A DNA stretch of 64,000 nucleotides from Octopus vulgaris (Eukaryota), in NCBI GenBank assembly GCA_951406725.2, contig OX597840.1, positions 35,588,001-35,652,000 of the forward strand. Reading direction: 5' to 3'. Positions 26,693-41,095 of the stretch are shown here, one piece after another. Position 1 is the first letter of the stretch; every line of letters starts with the position of its first letter. The notes below the pieces were generated by a model. The model was not told the origin of the DNA, made no database searches, and saw nothing but the letters and a program-made list of their open reading frames with translations. Position numbers and translations under genes: made by a program.

Positions 26693-27117
26693 TATGGATG
26701 CGAGACCTGGACACTAAAGAAAGCTGACCAGAAGAGAATTAATGCATTTGAGCTTTGGTGTTGGAGAAGACTTTTGAGGATTCCATGGACAGCGAGGCTT
26801 GTCAATGGAGAAGTTCTTAAGCAGATCAAGCCGAAACTGTCTCTGGAAGCTAGGATCACCAAGCATAGATTGGCATATTTCGGTTATATTATGTGGAGAG
26901 AGTCCCTGGAGAAGGACATCATGCTCGGAATGGTCAGTGGCAAGAGAGGAAGAGGCCGACCAAGAACCTGCTGGCTTGACACCATCCAGAGTGATACTGG
27001 AATGGACATGGCCAGTCTGAAGGAAGCGGCCCAGGATAGAACTGACTGGAGGACACTGATCCATCGAGTAACCGAGAGTCGACTTCGACTGAGCAGATAG
27101 AGAGAAAGAGAGAGATA
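26693..27117 (+). mobile_element. RTE (BovB-like) LINE 3' fragment
   Basis: YGCETWTLKKADQKRINAFELWCWRRLLRIPW..GKRGRGRPRTCWLD..AAQDRTDWR, open to the stop at 27100. Confidence 0.92.
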
Positions 27118-27619
27118 TCATACTTAATGCAATTACATTGTTGACCAGCAAATTTGCGGAGATAATATTTCTTATGGACATGCTATGTTTAAGAATACAA
27201 TACATATATAAGTGGCTGATGAAAATCATCCTAGCATCCTTTAACTGCTTCCTTCATTGATGCTGATGATGATGATGATGTCAGGCATTGTTCTTCTCCT
27301 TCAACAAAGATTTTACAGAATTCTTAAATCTGCTGGGGGTGCTTTCCACAAAAAAAATTCACAGTGTAGAATCTGTTTCTTGATTTAAGGACCTTCAGGT
27401 TTCTCATTGAAAAAGGGGTTCAGCATAAACAATGATCATGTGCCATCGCCTGAATGCTCAGGGATATTGACACCACCCCCTTCAAGACCTTTCTTGGTCT
27501 AGTTCACAAGGACCAGCCAACATTCAGAATGTGTCTCAGACATCTCTGATGGAAGTGTTTGAAGACCCTTTACAAACATATATACATACATATATACATA
27601 CATACATACATACACACAA

Positions 27620-27652
<33 letters not shown>

Positions 27653-27793
27653 GATACATACATACACACACATACATACATACATACATACATACATACA
27701 TACATACAGACATACATACATACAGACATACATACATACATACAGACATACATACATACATACATACACACACACATACATACATATATACGT

Positions 27794-28162
27794 GACACTC
27801 CGTCGCTTACGACAACGAGGGTCCTAGTTGATCCGATCAACGGAGCAGCCTGCTCGTGAAATTAACGTGCAAGTGGCTGAGCACTCCACAGACACGTGTA
27901 CCCTTAACGTAGTTCTCGGGGAGATTCAGCGTGACACAGAGAGTGACAAGGCCGGCCCTTTGAAATACAGGTACAACAGAAACAGGAAGAAAAAGTGAGA
28001 GAAAGTTGCGGTGAAAGAGTACAGAAGAGTTCACCACCATCCCTGCCGGAGCCTCATGGAACTTTAGATGTTTTTGCTCAATAAACACTCACGACGCCCG
28101 GTCTGAGAATCGAAACCGTGCTCCTACGATTGCAAGTCCGCTGCCCTAACCACTGGGCCATT
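27794..28162 (-). mobile_element. SINE D with alternative tail
   Basis: Same head as 25314-25614, different 3' half (GTGGAGTGCTCAGCCACTTGCACG). Confidence 0.8.
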
Positions 28163-28410
28163 GGTTCAATTAAATAGAGCCACTTGAAATGGTCGTACTG
28201 CATCACTACAAGACATCCCGTTACTTTTTCTTGATTATATCTGCACATATATATTTGTCCATAAATATATTTACATATCGTTTCATAGCAACAAGGTTTT
28301 CTGTTTATAAGTTGCTAAATAACATAATTAATGCCTACTGCCTATCCTAAGTATTTACACATGACACAAGCCTCATACACACCTACTCACCCACCACACA
28401 TAAATATATA

Positions 28411-28502
<92 letters not shown>

Positions 28503-28763
28503 GAGACAATTCATATATAGATATTTATATATAATTTTACCGGCACACATATATATTCACACATCAATGTGTGTATGTGTGTGTGTATATATATATTTGT
28601 ATATGTGTATATATACACATATATATGTCTATACATATACATATGCACACACACGTATACACACGTGCACATGTATATATATGTATATATACATATACAT
28701 ACATATGTTCATACATATACATATACACACATGCATATATTTATATGGATGTATATATATATA

Positions 28764-28849
<86 letters not shown>

Positions 28850-29384
28850 TGTATACACACACACACACACACAAACACACCTATGTATGTGTGTTAGAGT
28901 CTCTGTGTATACACGGGTGTATTTATATATACATGCATATATAATTACACCTGTGTATTTAACATATGTATAGATATTTATGTACAATTTTTTTCATTAC
29001 ACACTGACACACACACACACAAAGATACACACACACACACACACACACACATGCAGGCATACACACACGTACACACACATAGCTAGTCCTAACAGTAGTA
29101 GAAATCTGTTATCTTAGTCAAGTATAAAGTAACAGAAGGTTTTGGGAAATATCATGAAGATAAGATAGGTATCAGCACCAGGTAGGCTAATGTTTATCTT
29201 CTACTCCACAATCCAACCAGCATCTTATAGAGATGTGTGTGTGAGTGTGTGTGTGTATATCTATGCATGCATGTATGTATGTGTTTATATATATATATAT
29301 GTGTGTGTGTGTGTATACATGATATATATATATATGCATGTATATGTATACATGATATATGTATACATAATATATATATATATA

Positions 29385-29427
<43 letters not shown>

Positions 29428-29497
29428 GATATATATATATGTACATGATCTATACATGTATATATATATACATATATACATGATATATGCATATATT

Positions 29498-29573
<76 letters not shown>

Positions 29574-29816
29574 TATATACATATATACATGATATATGCA
29601 TATATTCATACACACACACACACATATATATATATAAATATATATACACACACACACATATATATACTTATATATGTGTTTTTTGTATGTATGCATGTAT
29701 ATATATATATATATATATAGACCCACACACATTCATTCAGCTCATGCCAGCATAGAAAAATGGACATAAAAAACAAATATACAAATGTAAATTTATACAT
29801 ACACACACATGCAGTT

Positions 29817-29873
<57 letters not shown>

Positions 29874-31046
29874 ACAGACATATATATATTTATATACATA
29901 TATGTGGGTATAAATATGTGTGTGTATATATTTATACACACACAAATACACAAACACATATACAGGTAAAAGCCCCAGTTATTCTAATTCCATACAAACA
30001 TCCGTTCAGCGAGACAGGTAGCAACAAAAAGAGTGGAAAGAAGAAAAATATAAAAGAAAAGATAAAACTGCCATTTTAAATTTCAACATGGATGGAGATT
30101 TTCTCTCTCTCTCTCTCTACACCAGAATAGGAATTCAAATGGCAGCGATACTATGTTATCTAGAGAGACCTGTTTAGGAATTTGCACTCTCATGAAAGTT
30201 TACCACATGAAAAATGGCTAAGTGCACAATGTGACGATCTTAAATGTCCAAGTGACATTCGAAGAGCATCACAATTTTTACACAGGAATTTTATGCCGAA
30301 ATATCAGTGACATAAAAACTTTGTTATGGAAAGTGAGTGAATGAAACGGGTGTTGGCTTGTTTACATTTCCACAACTTTGTGGTTCAGCAAATGAGACCA
30401 ATAACATTTCTCTTTTCTCCTTTCTCTTCTACTTGGCTTAGTCATTGCATTGTGGCCATGCGGGGGATGTTGTACCTGCCATAAAATTATATACTGATTC
30501 AAATTATTGATTAAAAACTTCAAGGCAGTGCTCTAACATGGGCCACAGTCAAATGACAAATAAAAAGTATACACTGCTTTTGTTCAAATTAATTTTGAAA
30601 ATAGCAAAGAATTTATTAGAATAACTTTGTTATTATTAAGCTGGTATTTAATGCGATGAGCTGGCAGAATCGTTAGCACACCAGGTGAAATGCTTAGCGG
30701 TATTTCGTTTTTCATTCTTTGAGGGCTGATGTAACAAAGTACCAGTTATGCACTGGGGTCGATGTAATCGACTAGCCCCCTTCCCCTGACAAAATTTTCA
30801 AGGTCATTGTGTCTAAAGTAGAAATAATTATTAAGCCCCAGTTCAACAAAAGCCTTCAGTGGATTAGGCAGATGGAAACTGAAAGAAGCCCGCTGAATTT
30901 TGTGTGTGTGTGTTCATCTGTGTGCGTGTGTTCATGCGTATGTGTGTGTACTTCTGTCTGTGTTTGACAACCGCTATTGGTGTTTACGTTCACGTAACGT
31001 AGCTGTTGGACAAAAGAGACTGATAGAGTATTATCAGGCTTTATAA

Positions 31047-31195
31047 AATAATAATAATAATAATAATAATAATGATAATAATAATAATAATAATAATAAT
31101 TATAATAACAATAATAATAATAATTATAATAATAATAATAATAATAATGATAATAGTAATAATGATAATGATAATAATGATAATAATAATAATGA
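31047..31195. repeat. (AAT)n microsatellite
   Basis: Direct reading. Confidence 0.95.
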
Positions 31196-31577
31196 TCTTT
31201 TCTGCTAAAGACACAAGGCCTAAAATTTTGCATGTTGTGGGGGGGAGGTAAAAATAGAAAAGGTGTACATATTTGTATGTATAGTGAAACAACAGGGTAA
31301 AGCCGTTAGTTGGAGAGTTTAGGAAGATAAGGGAAGAGGGTGAAAATAAAATAAAATAAAATCCAATTAAAAAATAGTAGAGATCAATAAAGTATGTATA
31401 TAGAGTTACATGACAGGCTTCTTTCAGTTTCCGTCTACCTATTTCACTTCACGATGTTTTACTTGGCCTGGGCCTATAGTAGAAGATACTTGCTCAAGAT
31501 TTCACCTGTGCCTGGGAGCTTTTAAAACTGTTATGAAAGCAAAATTTCTTCTGCAAACAAGCAGTTTCCCTTATATA

Positions 31578-32500
31578 TATTTCTTTACTGCCCACAAGGG
31601 GCTAAACATAGAGGGGACAAACAAGGACGGACAAAGGGATTAAGTCGATTACATCAACCCCAGTGCGAAACTGATACCGAAAGGATGAAAGGTAAAGTTG
31701 ACCTCGGCGGAATTTGAACTCAGAACGTAACGACAGACGAAATACCTATTTCTTTATTACCCACAAGGGGCTAAACACAGAAGGGACAAACAAGGACAGA
31801 CAAACGGATTAAGTCGATTATATCAACCCCAGTGCGAAACTGGTACCTAATTTATCGACCCCGAAAGGATGAAAAGCAAAATCAACCTCGGCGGAATTTG
31901 AACTCAGAAAGTAGCGACAGACGAAATACCTATTTCTTTACTACCCACAAGGGGCTAAACAGAGAGGGGACAAACAAGGACAGACAAACGGATTAAATCG
32001 ATTATATCGATCCCAGTGCGTAACTGGTACTTATTTAATCAACCCCGAAAGGATGAAAGGCAAAGTTGACCTCCAGACGAAATACCTATTTCTTTACTGC
32101 CCACAAGGGGCTAAACACAGTGAGGACAAACAAGGACAGACAAACGGATTAAGTCGATTATATCGACCCCAGTGCGTAACTGGTACTTATTTAATCGACC
32201 CCGAAAGGATGAAAGGTAAAGTGGAATCGGCGGAATTTGAACTCAGAACGTAACGACAGATGAAATACCTATTTCTTTACTACCCACAAGGGGCTGAACA
32301 GAGAGGACAAACAAGGACAGACAAAGGGATTAAGTCGATTATATCGACCCCAGTGCGTAACTGATACTTATTTAATCGACCCCCGTAGGGACGAAAGGCA
32401 AAGTCGACCTCGGCGGAATTTGAACTTAGAACGTAACGACAGATGAAATACCGCTAAGCATTTCGTCCAGCATGCTCACGATTCTGCCAGCTCGCTGCCT
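31578..32500 (-). mobile_element. SINE A multimer (one head plus 5 tandem bodies)
   Basis: Repeated GA(C/T)GAAATACCTATTTCTTTA junctions at about 31740, 31920, 32078 and 32260. Confidence 0.9.
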
Positions 32501-32881
32501 TTTAGGTAGTGCCTTCTATATGACATAGAAGCAGGCTTCCTTCTTTGCGGTGGAACTCAAAGATGGTCGAGTGGCCATCTGTGGCCTCTTTCTTAATGAC
32601 CCTCTTTGATTATAAATAAAAAGAAGCTGTTGTAGAAGATAGGAGAGAGAGGAATGACGGAGGTGTTTGGAGATTCTCGAAGTCATAGAAAGTTGTCTGA
32701 AGAGGGTGTGTGTGTGTGTGTAGAGAGAGAGAGAGGAGCAGTCGGCGGTGATGGCAGGGGTTGTCTGATCGTTAAGTGTGTCACTGAAGATTTCCGTGTT
32801 TATTGTAAGACATCTTAAGTGCAGCTTCCGTAAAAATTCCCCCCCATCCTCTTCCTCCCCCGTTTCTCTTCCTTGTTCCAC

Positions 32882-32945
<64 letters not shown>

Positions 32946-34464
32946 CTCTCTCTCTCTCTTTCTCTATCTATATCTCTCTGTACACAAACACACGCATACA
33001 CACACACACATATACAAACATCTTTCCATACAGCTGTCATAGATATTCACACATTCATACACACACACACACATACACAGCCTCTTTCACACTTACACAC
33101 ACGTACACACACACACACACACACACAGCGTCTTTCACACTTACACACACACAGACACACAAATACACACTCGAAAAATACACACTCGAAAAGAACTCTT
33201 GTTCATACATGCATACACACACTCTCTCACACATACATACACACGTACAAACACACGCACACGCATATACAAACATCTTTCCATACATCTGTTACAGATA
33301 TTCACACATACACACACACAGCCTCTTTCACACTTACACACACACACACACAAATACACACACACAAATACACACTCGAAAAGAACTCTTATACATACAT
33401 ACACACACACATACACACGTACAAACTCACACGTCCATATACACACTCATAGTTAAGGACAACTCACATACTACACACATGCACACAAATACTCACAGAT
33501 TTATATAAACACACATACACACACACGCTCACATGCATATGCAAACACATACTTGGGAATAACTACCACACACACATACATGCATTCTCTTACACACACA
33601 CACACACACTTAAGAATAACTCATTCATACACACATTTTCAAATGAAAATAACTCACTCATACATTCACACACACACATACACACACAACATGCTCATAC
33701 ATACACACACACAGACAGATACACGCACACGCACACACACACACACATAATGTAACAGGCACATACTTGAGAACACTCATACATCTGTCACAGATGCACA
33801 CACTTTCACACACGCCAACAGACACACACATATGTACTCACACAAATACACACCACACACATACACTCGCACACAAACACAAACACACACACACACATGC
33901 ACGTACGTGCATACACAAACCCAAACACGTACATACACACATACACAAAACAGACACATACACGTTCACATGCTCACAAATAAACACATTCACATAAACA
34001 TACACACACACACACATACTGTAACAGGCATACACTTTCACACACGCCAACAGATATACACACGCACACATGCACCTGAGAATAACTCATACACAAATAC
34101 GTAAATTCACTCTCTCTCTCTGTCTCTGTCCTTCTCTCTCTCTCTTTCTTTCTTTCTTTCTCTCTCTCTCTCTCTCTGTCCTTTTCTCTCTCTCTTTCTC
34201 TCTCTCTCTCATACATACACGTGCAAACGCACACACACATGAGACAAATTCTCAAACATACATGCACACACACTCATGCATATTCATACACACACATGGA
34301 CGCACACTCTCTTTCATACACACACACACACACACTCATAGCGAAACAACCAGAAGACTCTTGACCTAAAAAAAACAGCAAAAAAACCATTGTGGAAGTA
34401 AAGTCGCAGCATATTTCAGTATAATTGCATCATTATCATCACATGGTAGGAAGCCGGCCGGCCT

Positions 34465-34738
34465 GACACTCCGGCGGTTGCGACGACGAGCGCTCTGGTT
34501 GAGCCGATTGATGGAACAGCCTTTTTTCTTTTTATTCTTTTATTTGTTTCAGTCATGTGACTGTGGCTATGCTGGAGCACCACCTTTAGTCGAGCAAATC
34601 GCCCCCCAGGACTTATTCTTTGTAAGCCCAGTACTTATTCTATCGGCCTCTTTTGCCGAACAGCTAAGTTACGAGGACGTAAACACACCAGCATCAGTTG
34701 TCAAGCGATGTTGGGGGGACAAACACAGACACACAAAC

Positions 34739-34814
<76 letters not shown>

Positions 34815-35372
34815 GTTTAAATATTTGTTGTGCAAGATTTTTTATGTGAAGTCGTGTGTTGAAACAGATATTGTTGTATTTAGGAATGATCATTTTGCCA
34901 GTTTAGCCAATAAAAACACACGCACTATATATTTGGTGTTACTTTGCTTCAGTGTTATTTATTTTTTACATTAATCTTAATCTTATTTCGGCCAAATACA
35001 AAAATACACATTACATGAACATATAAAAAATTTCAAATTACATGAACATATATAAACAGAAGATACAAATATTACAGGCATCCCCCACATACACACACTA
35101 AATAAACATAAACGCACATAGAGATATAAGCATGCGCAAATTAAGACATGCAATAGAAATACAAAATGGTTGACGGTTAGTAAGGAGAGACACAAATAAG
35201 AAAGAAGAAAACAAAGGACCACTGATGCGGTCACAGTAGTGTGACGAAAGAACTCTGGCCGAAATAAGATAAAGATTAATGTAAAAAATAAATAACACTG
35301 AAGCAAAGTAACACCAAATATATAGTGCGTGTGTTTTTATTGGCTAAACTGGCAAAATGACCATTCCTAAAT

Positions 35373-35414
<42 letters not shown>

Positions 35415-35527
35415 TATACATGTATGTATGTATGTATGTATGTATATATATATATGTATATATATACATATATATACATGTATGTATGGATGTATGTGCG
35501 TATGTATATATATGTATGTATATATGC

Positions 35528-35570
<43 letters not shown>

Positions 35571-36080
35571 TATACATGTATGTATGTATGTATGTATATG
35601 TATGTATATATATATATATATGTATGTATATATATATATATATATACATATATACATACATACGATGGGCTTCTTTCAGTTTCTGTCTACCAAATCCACT
35701 CACAAGGCTTTGGTCGGCCCGAGGCTATAGTAGAAGACACTTGCCCAAGGTGTCACACTATGGGACCGAACCCGGAACCGTGTGGTTGGTAAGCAAGCTA
35801 CTTACCACACAGCCACTCCTGTGCCTGTTTGTGGAATTGACGTGCAAGTGGCTGAGCACTCCACAGACACGTGTACCCTTAATGTAGTTCTCAGGAAGAT
35901 TCAGCGTGACACAGAATGTGATAAAGCTGGCCCCTTCGGAATTATAGATTCAACTCATTTTGCCAGCTGAGCAACGTGAAATAAAGTGTCTTGCTCAAGG
36001 ACACAACACGTCGTTGAGAATCGAAGGCACGACATCATGATCAGGAACCGAATATCCTAAACAAGAAGCCACGTGCTTTC
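34465..36080 (-). mobile_element. Nested stack: SINE (D-type tail) containing SINE B containing a palindromic hammerhead element
   Basis: Outer SINE split at 34521/35823; SINE B halves at 34525-34740 and 35661-35826. Confidence 0.75.
34873..35377. mobile_element. Palindromic element with about 120-bp arms and hammerhead at 35216-35260
   Basis: Arms 34873-34994 / 35256-35377; CCA CTGATGC G GTCAC agtagt GTGAC GAAA GAAC TC TGG. Confidence 0.75.
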
Positions 36081-37051
36081 CTACTCTAAAGAAGCATTAT
36101 CATGTCATAGGCAGCGTTCTCCTTAATAGAGGGAACATTATCATAATCTGAACTATCGTTAACATAGCATTTGCAATCGTGCAGTTTCGGGTTCAAATCC
36201 ACTGCATGGTACCTTGGGTAAATATACTAATTTCTTTTTTTGGTATATATGTAGTATATAAATATTATTTAAATATCATTGAAATAATTATAGATCTTAA
36301 TACTATTTAAATTAAGTGGTATTTGAGTATAAAATAGTTAACGTAAATTTATTTTTGTAATTACGTTTTATAAATTATTATGCTGTATTGTGTTAATAGG
36401 TTAGAGTTAATTTAATAGTTGTTAGGTATAATATTTTAGGATATTGAGTTATACTATAGCCCCTATTCAACCAATGCCTTGTGAGTGAATATGGTACAAG
36501 GAAACTGTGTGGAAGCGCAACATATGTATGTACTAGCTTAAAAGCCAGTATATGGTTTTTAAGCGACTGACCTCGAATGGGAAGATCTGCAAACGGATCT
36601 CTGACTTGTTTTGGAGAATTTGTTGCAATTGATTCCTCCAGGGTCATATCCCAATCATGATCATATTTGTCGCAAAAAATCATTTTAAAAAAAAATGAAA
36701 AAAAAAAAAAAAATATAACTGAAAACAGTCGCAGAAATGAAAACATAGGAATCCTGAATTTCAGGATTGTAGGTCCGGATTCCCGTATATGGAAAAATAA
36801 AAGTAAACGAGACCAATTAGGTTATCAAATGACAAGACGAAGCAATCATCATGTCTGTCTGTCTGTCTGTTTTTCTGTCTGCATGTATGTGTGTATGTAT
36901 GTATGTATGTATGTATGTGTGTATGTATGTTTATATGTATGTATGTATGTATGTATGTGTGTATGTATGTTTATATGTATGTATGTATGTATGTGTGTAT
37001 TTATGTATGTATGTATGTATGTATGTATGTATGTATGTATGTATTTGTGTA

Positions 37052-37434
37052 TCTCCCTCTATATAAACGGCAGTTTGTCTGTGCGTGTTTCTGTGTGTCT
37101 GTTTGGTTGTACCCTCACCCTGACCACGGCTTTCAACCGATTCTGATGAAACTTGACACACACATAGCCCAATGTCATAATTCAAAACTAACGCAGCGAA
37201 AATTTTGAAAAGTTCCCCCAGTTCTGAAAAAATCGATAAATTCGACATGGGGTCGAGAATCAGAAACCCAAACCACAGACCGTCTAGGGGACGCAACTCC
37301 ACCTTTTTTAACTCTCAAAAAACATTTACCATCATTTTTTTCCATTTTTTTGCTATTTTTTGGCTATAACTCTCTAAAAATGCTTTATAGTTATTTCCCT
37401 TACAAACCTGAGCAACGCCGGGTGATACTGCTAG
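37052..37434 (+). mobile_element. Non-autonomous Helitron-like element
   Basis: A|TC start, subterminal CCTGAGCAACGCCGGG hairpin, CTAG|T end, no TSD. Confidence 0.75.
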
Positions 37435-37502
37435 TATATGTATGTATGTATTCTCCTGGTTTATCTGTGTCATGTCTCAGCTGTTTCTTGCAGCTAAGAG
37501 AC

Positions 37503-37660
37503 ACAACACATGTACCAGCCTACATGTTCTTTCCGCAACACATGTACACAACACATGTACTAGAGACGCAACACATGTACTCAACTACATGTACTTTCCT
37601 CAACACATGTACGCAACACATGTACCAGCCTACATGTTCTTTCCTCAACACATGTATTGT
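37503..37660. repeat. CAACACATGTAC minisatellite
   Basis: About 8 degenerate copies. Confidence 0.8.
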
Positions 37661-37868
37661 TCCAAGTATTGCTGCCAGCTGTGTACATCCAATAAAACCT
37701 GGTATTTTCTGCTTATCATGTCAGACTATTGCTTCTTTTGAAACGGTCCCAAATGCACCGATCACAATAGGCATCGTGTTCGCTTTTGTGGTTCTATGGA
37801 CGTATTTCGCTTCCAGTGTTAAGTCTTTTTACTTCTCGATTTTCTCGTTCTCCTTCTTCACAATATTG

Positions 37869-38160
37869 GGACCTTTTCCGTTTGAACGGCAGTTTTTTAA
37901 AATAATTTCCACGTAACTAAACACTTTTAAACTTCGTATACTGGTAGAATGTGTTTATAAAACATCTTTTTCTCTTGGCTTTATTGAGAAAATTCTGTAG
38001 TTTGTAAGATATTTGGTCTTTAATTTCTTGCATTTCGGCAATTTCAACCAATCAATGACGTCTATTGAGGTAAAAACATTCTGTGCCATAGTGTGTCAAC
38101 AACATTTATTTCTGGCGTCATGTGAATTTGTCCCTGTTATTTATGAGAAAAAAGATACCG
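37869..38160. mobile_element. Truncated copy of the GGATCTTTTCGG-TIR element
   Basis: Matches the left arm of 38472-38977. Confidence 0.75.
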
Positions 38161-38471
38161 TGGCTTCCTCCTCCTACGCCTCCAACACTTACTATAACCT
38201 CCTCCTCCTCCTCCCCCTCCTGCCATTCTGTTCCATTTACAAATTCCTTCATTGTTCCTTGTTTTGCAGATTTCCCGGAAGTTCTTTAACTTATCTTCAC
38301 AAATACTTCAGTCTAGACGCGTCTACTTCCTGTCACTTCCTGGCAGACATTTCCTCATCTTCGTTCACTCCTGCTTATTATTGTTGTTGTTCTTCGTGTT
38401 GTTGCTGTTATTATCTGCTCATCTTGTAACTGCTGTTTCTAGTGTTATTCTTGTGGTTGTGGACATCTTTC

Positions 38472-38977
38472 GGATCTTTTCGGTTTGAACGGCAGTTTTT
38501 AACATAATTTCTAGGTAACTAAACACTTTTAAACTTCGTATACTGGTAGAATGTGTTTATAAAACATCTTTTTCTCTTGGCTTTATTGAGAAAATTCTAT
38601 AGTTTTAACATATTTCGTCTAAAATTTCTTGCATTTCGGCAATTCTAACCAATCGCTGACCGTCCATTTAGGGTTAGGGGTGAGGGAAAAGTATCTTTTT
38701 TTTCTTCACAAATGTAAATAAACCCAATGTGTTTCTTAAACAAGGAACATATTCATACGGCACAGAATGCTTTCACCTCAATACGATGTCAATGATTGGT
38801 TGAAATTGCAGAAATGCAAGAAATTTTAGATGAAATATGTTACAAACTATAGAATGTTCTCAATAAAGCCAAGAGAAAATGATGTTTTATAAACACATTC
38901 TACCAGTATACGAAGTTTAAATTTTTTTAGTTACCTAGAAATTATGTTACAAACTGCCGTTCAAACCGAAAAGATCC
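38472..38977. mobile_element. TIR element, Merlin-like, 8-bp TSD CATCTTTC
   Basis: GGATCTTTTCGGTTTGAACGGCAG..CTGCCGTTCAAACCGAAAAGATCC, about 180-bp arms, TSD at 38464-38471 and 38978-38985. Confidence 0.88.
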
Positions 38978-39051
38978 CATCTTTCTTGGTGATGTTTCAT
39001 TTTGTGTTTTAGAGAGTGAAACTATGAAAGTCAGCAAATATCGACATAAAA

Positions 39052-39220
39052 GGTGCAGGCGTGGTTGTGTGGTAAAAAGTTTATTTTCCGACCACATGGT
39101 TCCGGGTTCAGTCCCACTGTGTGACACATTGGGCAAGCATCTTTTACTATAGCTTCGGGCTGACCAGAGTTTTGCGAGTGGATTTGGTAGACGGAAACTG
39201 AAAGAAGCTCGTTGTATATA
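39052..39220 (+). mobile_element. SINE B 5' half
   Basis: Family match. Confidence 0.75.
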
Positions 39221-39234
39221 TTCTTTTATTTATA

Positions 39235-39459
39235 TTCTGGCCACATAATCCTCCAGATTGCAACCCCATTGATTATTATGTGGGCGGCACAGTCGAGCCA
39301 GAGACTAACTAAACTCCTTGCAACACCAAAGATGAACTGAAGGCAAGGATTATGGCAGCGTTCACCAACTTAAACAAAGAAACCGTCCAGAAGAGTTGCA
39401 GGAGTTTCCAAAGTTGTCTGGAGGTCATGGATGAAGTCAATGGAGTTTTTATTGAATAA
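39235..39459 (+). pseudogene. Tc1/mariner (maT/DD37D-like) transposase C-terminal remnant
   Basis: FWPHNPPDCNPIDYYVGG..*..NTKDELKARIMAAFTNLNKETVQKSC..FIE*, resembling WPPxSPDLNPxD; one internal stop. Confidence 0.8.
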
Positions 39460-39526
39460 ATTCACTCTTTAGTATTTCAAGATATTTTTATGTAATTTTA
39501 GTAAATGTATCTGTTAAAATGAGATT

Positions 39527-39624
39527 GGCACCTTGGGCAAGTGTCTTCTACTATAGCCTCAGGCCGACCAAAGCCTTGTGAGTGGATTTGGTAGAGGGAA
39601 ACTGAAAGAAGCCCATTGTATATG

Positions 39625-39682
<58 letters not shown>

Positions 39683-39900
39683 TGTTTGTCCCTCCAACGT
39701 CGCTTGACAACCGATGCAGGTGTGTTTATGTCCCTGTAACTTAGTGGTTCAGCAAAAGAGACCGATAGAATAAGTACTAGGCTTACAAAGAATAAGTCCT
39801 GGGGTCGATTTGCTCAACTAAAGGCGGTGCTCCAAATTCCTCAAGGTGGTACCCTTGTATGGCTGCAGTCCAATGACTGAAACAAGTAAAAGATAAAAAA
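39527..39900 (+). mobile_element. SINE B, 5'-truncated
   Basis: Family match. Confidence 0.8.
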
Positions 39901-40338
39901 AACCCAATAAAGTAATGTAGGTTAACAAAGTAAAAGAACAACTTTTGCTAAACCATTACGCAGTGGAATACTCGCTTCATTTGGTCGATCCAAGTGATGC
40001 AACATTATTTTCCAAACACATCGAAAGGAATTTATAGATTCAACAAAACTAAATATCATGCTGTTTGTGGAATTCCACGCTATCTCTTCTGAACTGACAA
40101 AGGTTTACTTGGCATCGGTTTAACAAAAATAAAATATGAGTTATATTACTACGAAAAGAAAACTCTGGTTTATCGTATAATGGTTTGGCAATTATCAGAA
40201 GTTTGGGAATAGAATTGGCTTAGAGGGTGCAAAACCAATCCAAAATTTTTTTATTAACAGTTGATTTTTTTTCAGTCTTGATATCAAAACAAACGCAAGG
40301 ATAATAATAATGATTATTATTATTATTAATATGTTTGT

Positions 40339-40620
40339 AAGGTGGCGAGCTGGCAGAAACGTTAGCACGAAGGGCGAAATGCTTAGCGGTATTTCGTCTG
40401 CCGTTACGTTCTGAGTTCGAATTCCCCCGAGGTCAACTTTGCCTTTCATCCTTTCTGGGTCGATTAAATAAGTACCAGTTACGCACTGGGGTCGATGTAA
40501 TCGACTTAATCCGTTTGTCTGTCCTTGTTTGTCCTCTTTGTGTTTAGCCCCTTGTGGGTAGTAAAGAAATAGGTATTTTACCTGTCGCTACGTTCTGAGT
40601 TCGAATTCTGCTGAGGTCAA
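40339..40620 (+). mobile_element. SINE A plus partial second body
   Basis: Same multimer junction AAGAAATAGGTATTT. Confidence 0.85.
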
Positions 40621-40833
40621 ATTTGTAAAGTATATGTTTAACTGTAGAAATTGTTGTCTCAATATTGTTGTTAAAATCCCCATATTTTTCCACGTTACAT
40701 ACCTGCTTTAATGCAATTTTCACACTTCAATATACAACTGTTTAAAATTGGAGAGGGGGGAAATTTTGAAAATTTTTTTTTGATATCCTTAATCTCCGAC
40801 ATGTAGAACCTAGGAATCTGAATAAACATTTTC

Positions 40834-41095
40834 AGAAGCCCATCGTATATATGTATATATATATATGTGTGTGTATGTATGTGTGTCTGTGTTTGTCCCC
40901 CTAGCATTGCTTGACAACTGATGCTGGTGTGTTTACGTCCCCGTCACTTAGCAGTTCGGCAAAAGAGACCAATAGAATAAGTACTAGGCTTACAAAAAAT
41001 AAGTCCCAGGGTCGATTTGATTCGACTAAAAGCGGTGCTCCAGCATGGCCACAGTCAATTGACTGAAACAAGTAAAGGAGTAAAAGAGTAAGAGT
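40834..41095 (+). mobile_element. SINE B 3' half
   Basis: Family match. Confidence 0.8.

Noticed and set aside
37143-37156. Hammerhead at CTGATGAAAC in the Helitron-like element
   Set aside because: No stem II between CUGAUGA and GAAA
38530-38543. loxP-like half-site AACTTCGTATA in the TIR elements
   Set aside because: Partial match only, with no paired arm at 8-bp spacing; part of the transposon arm
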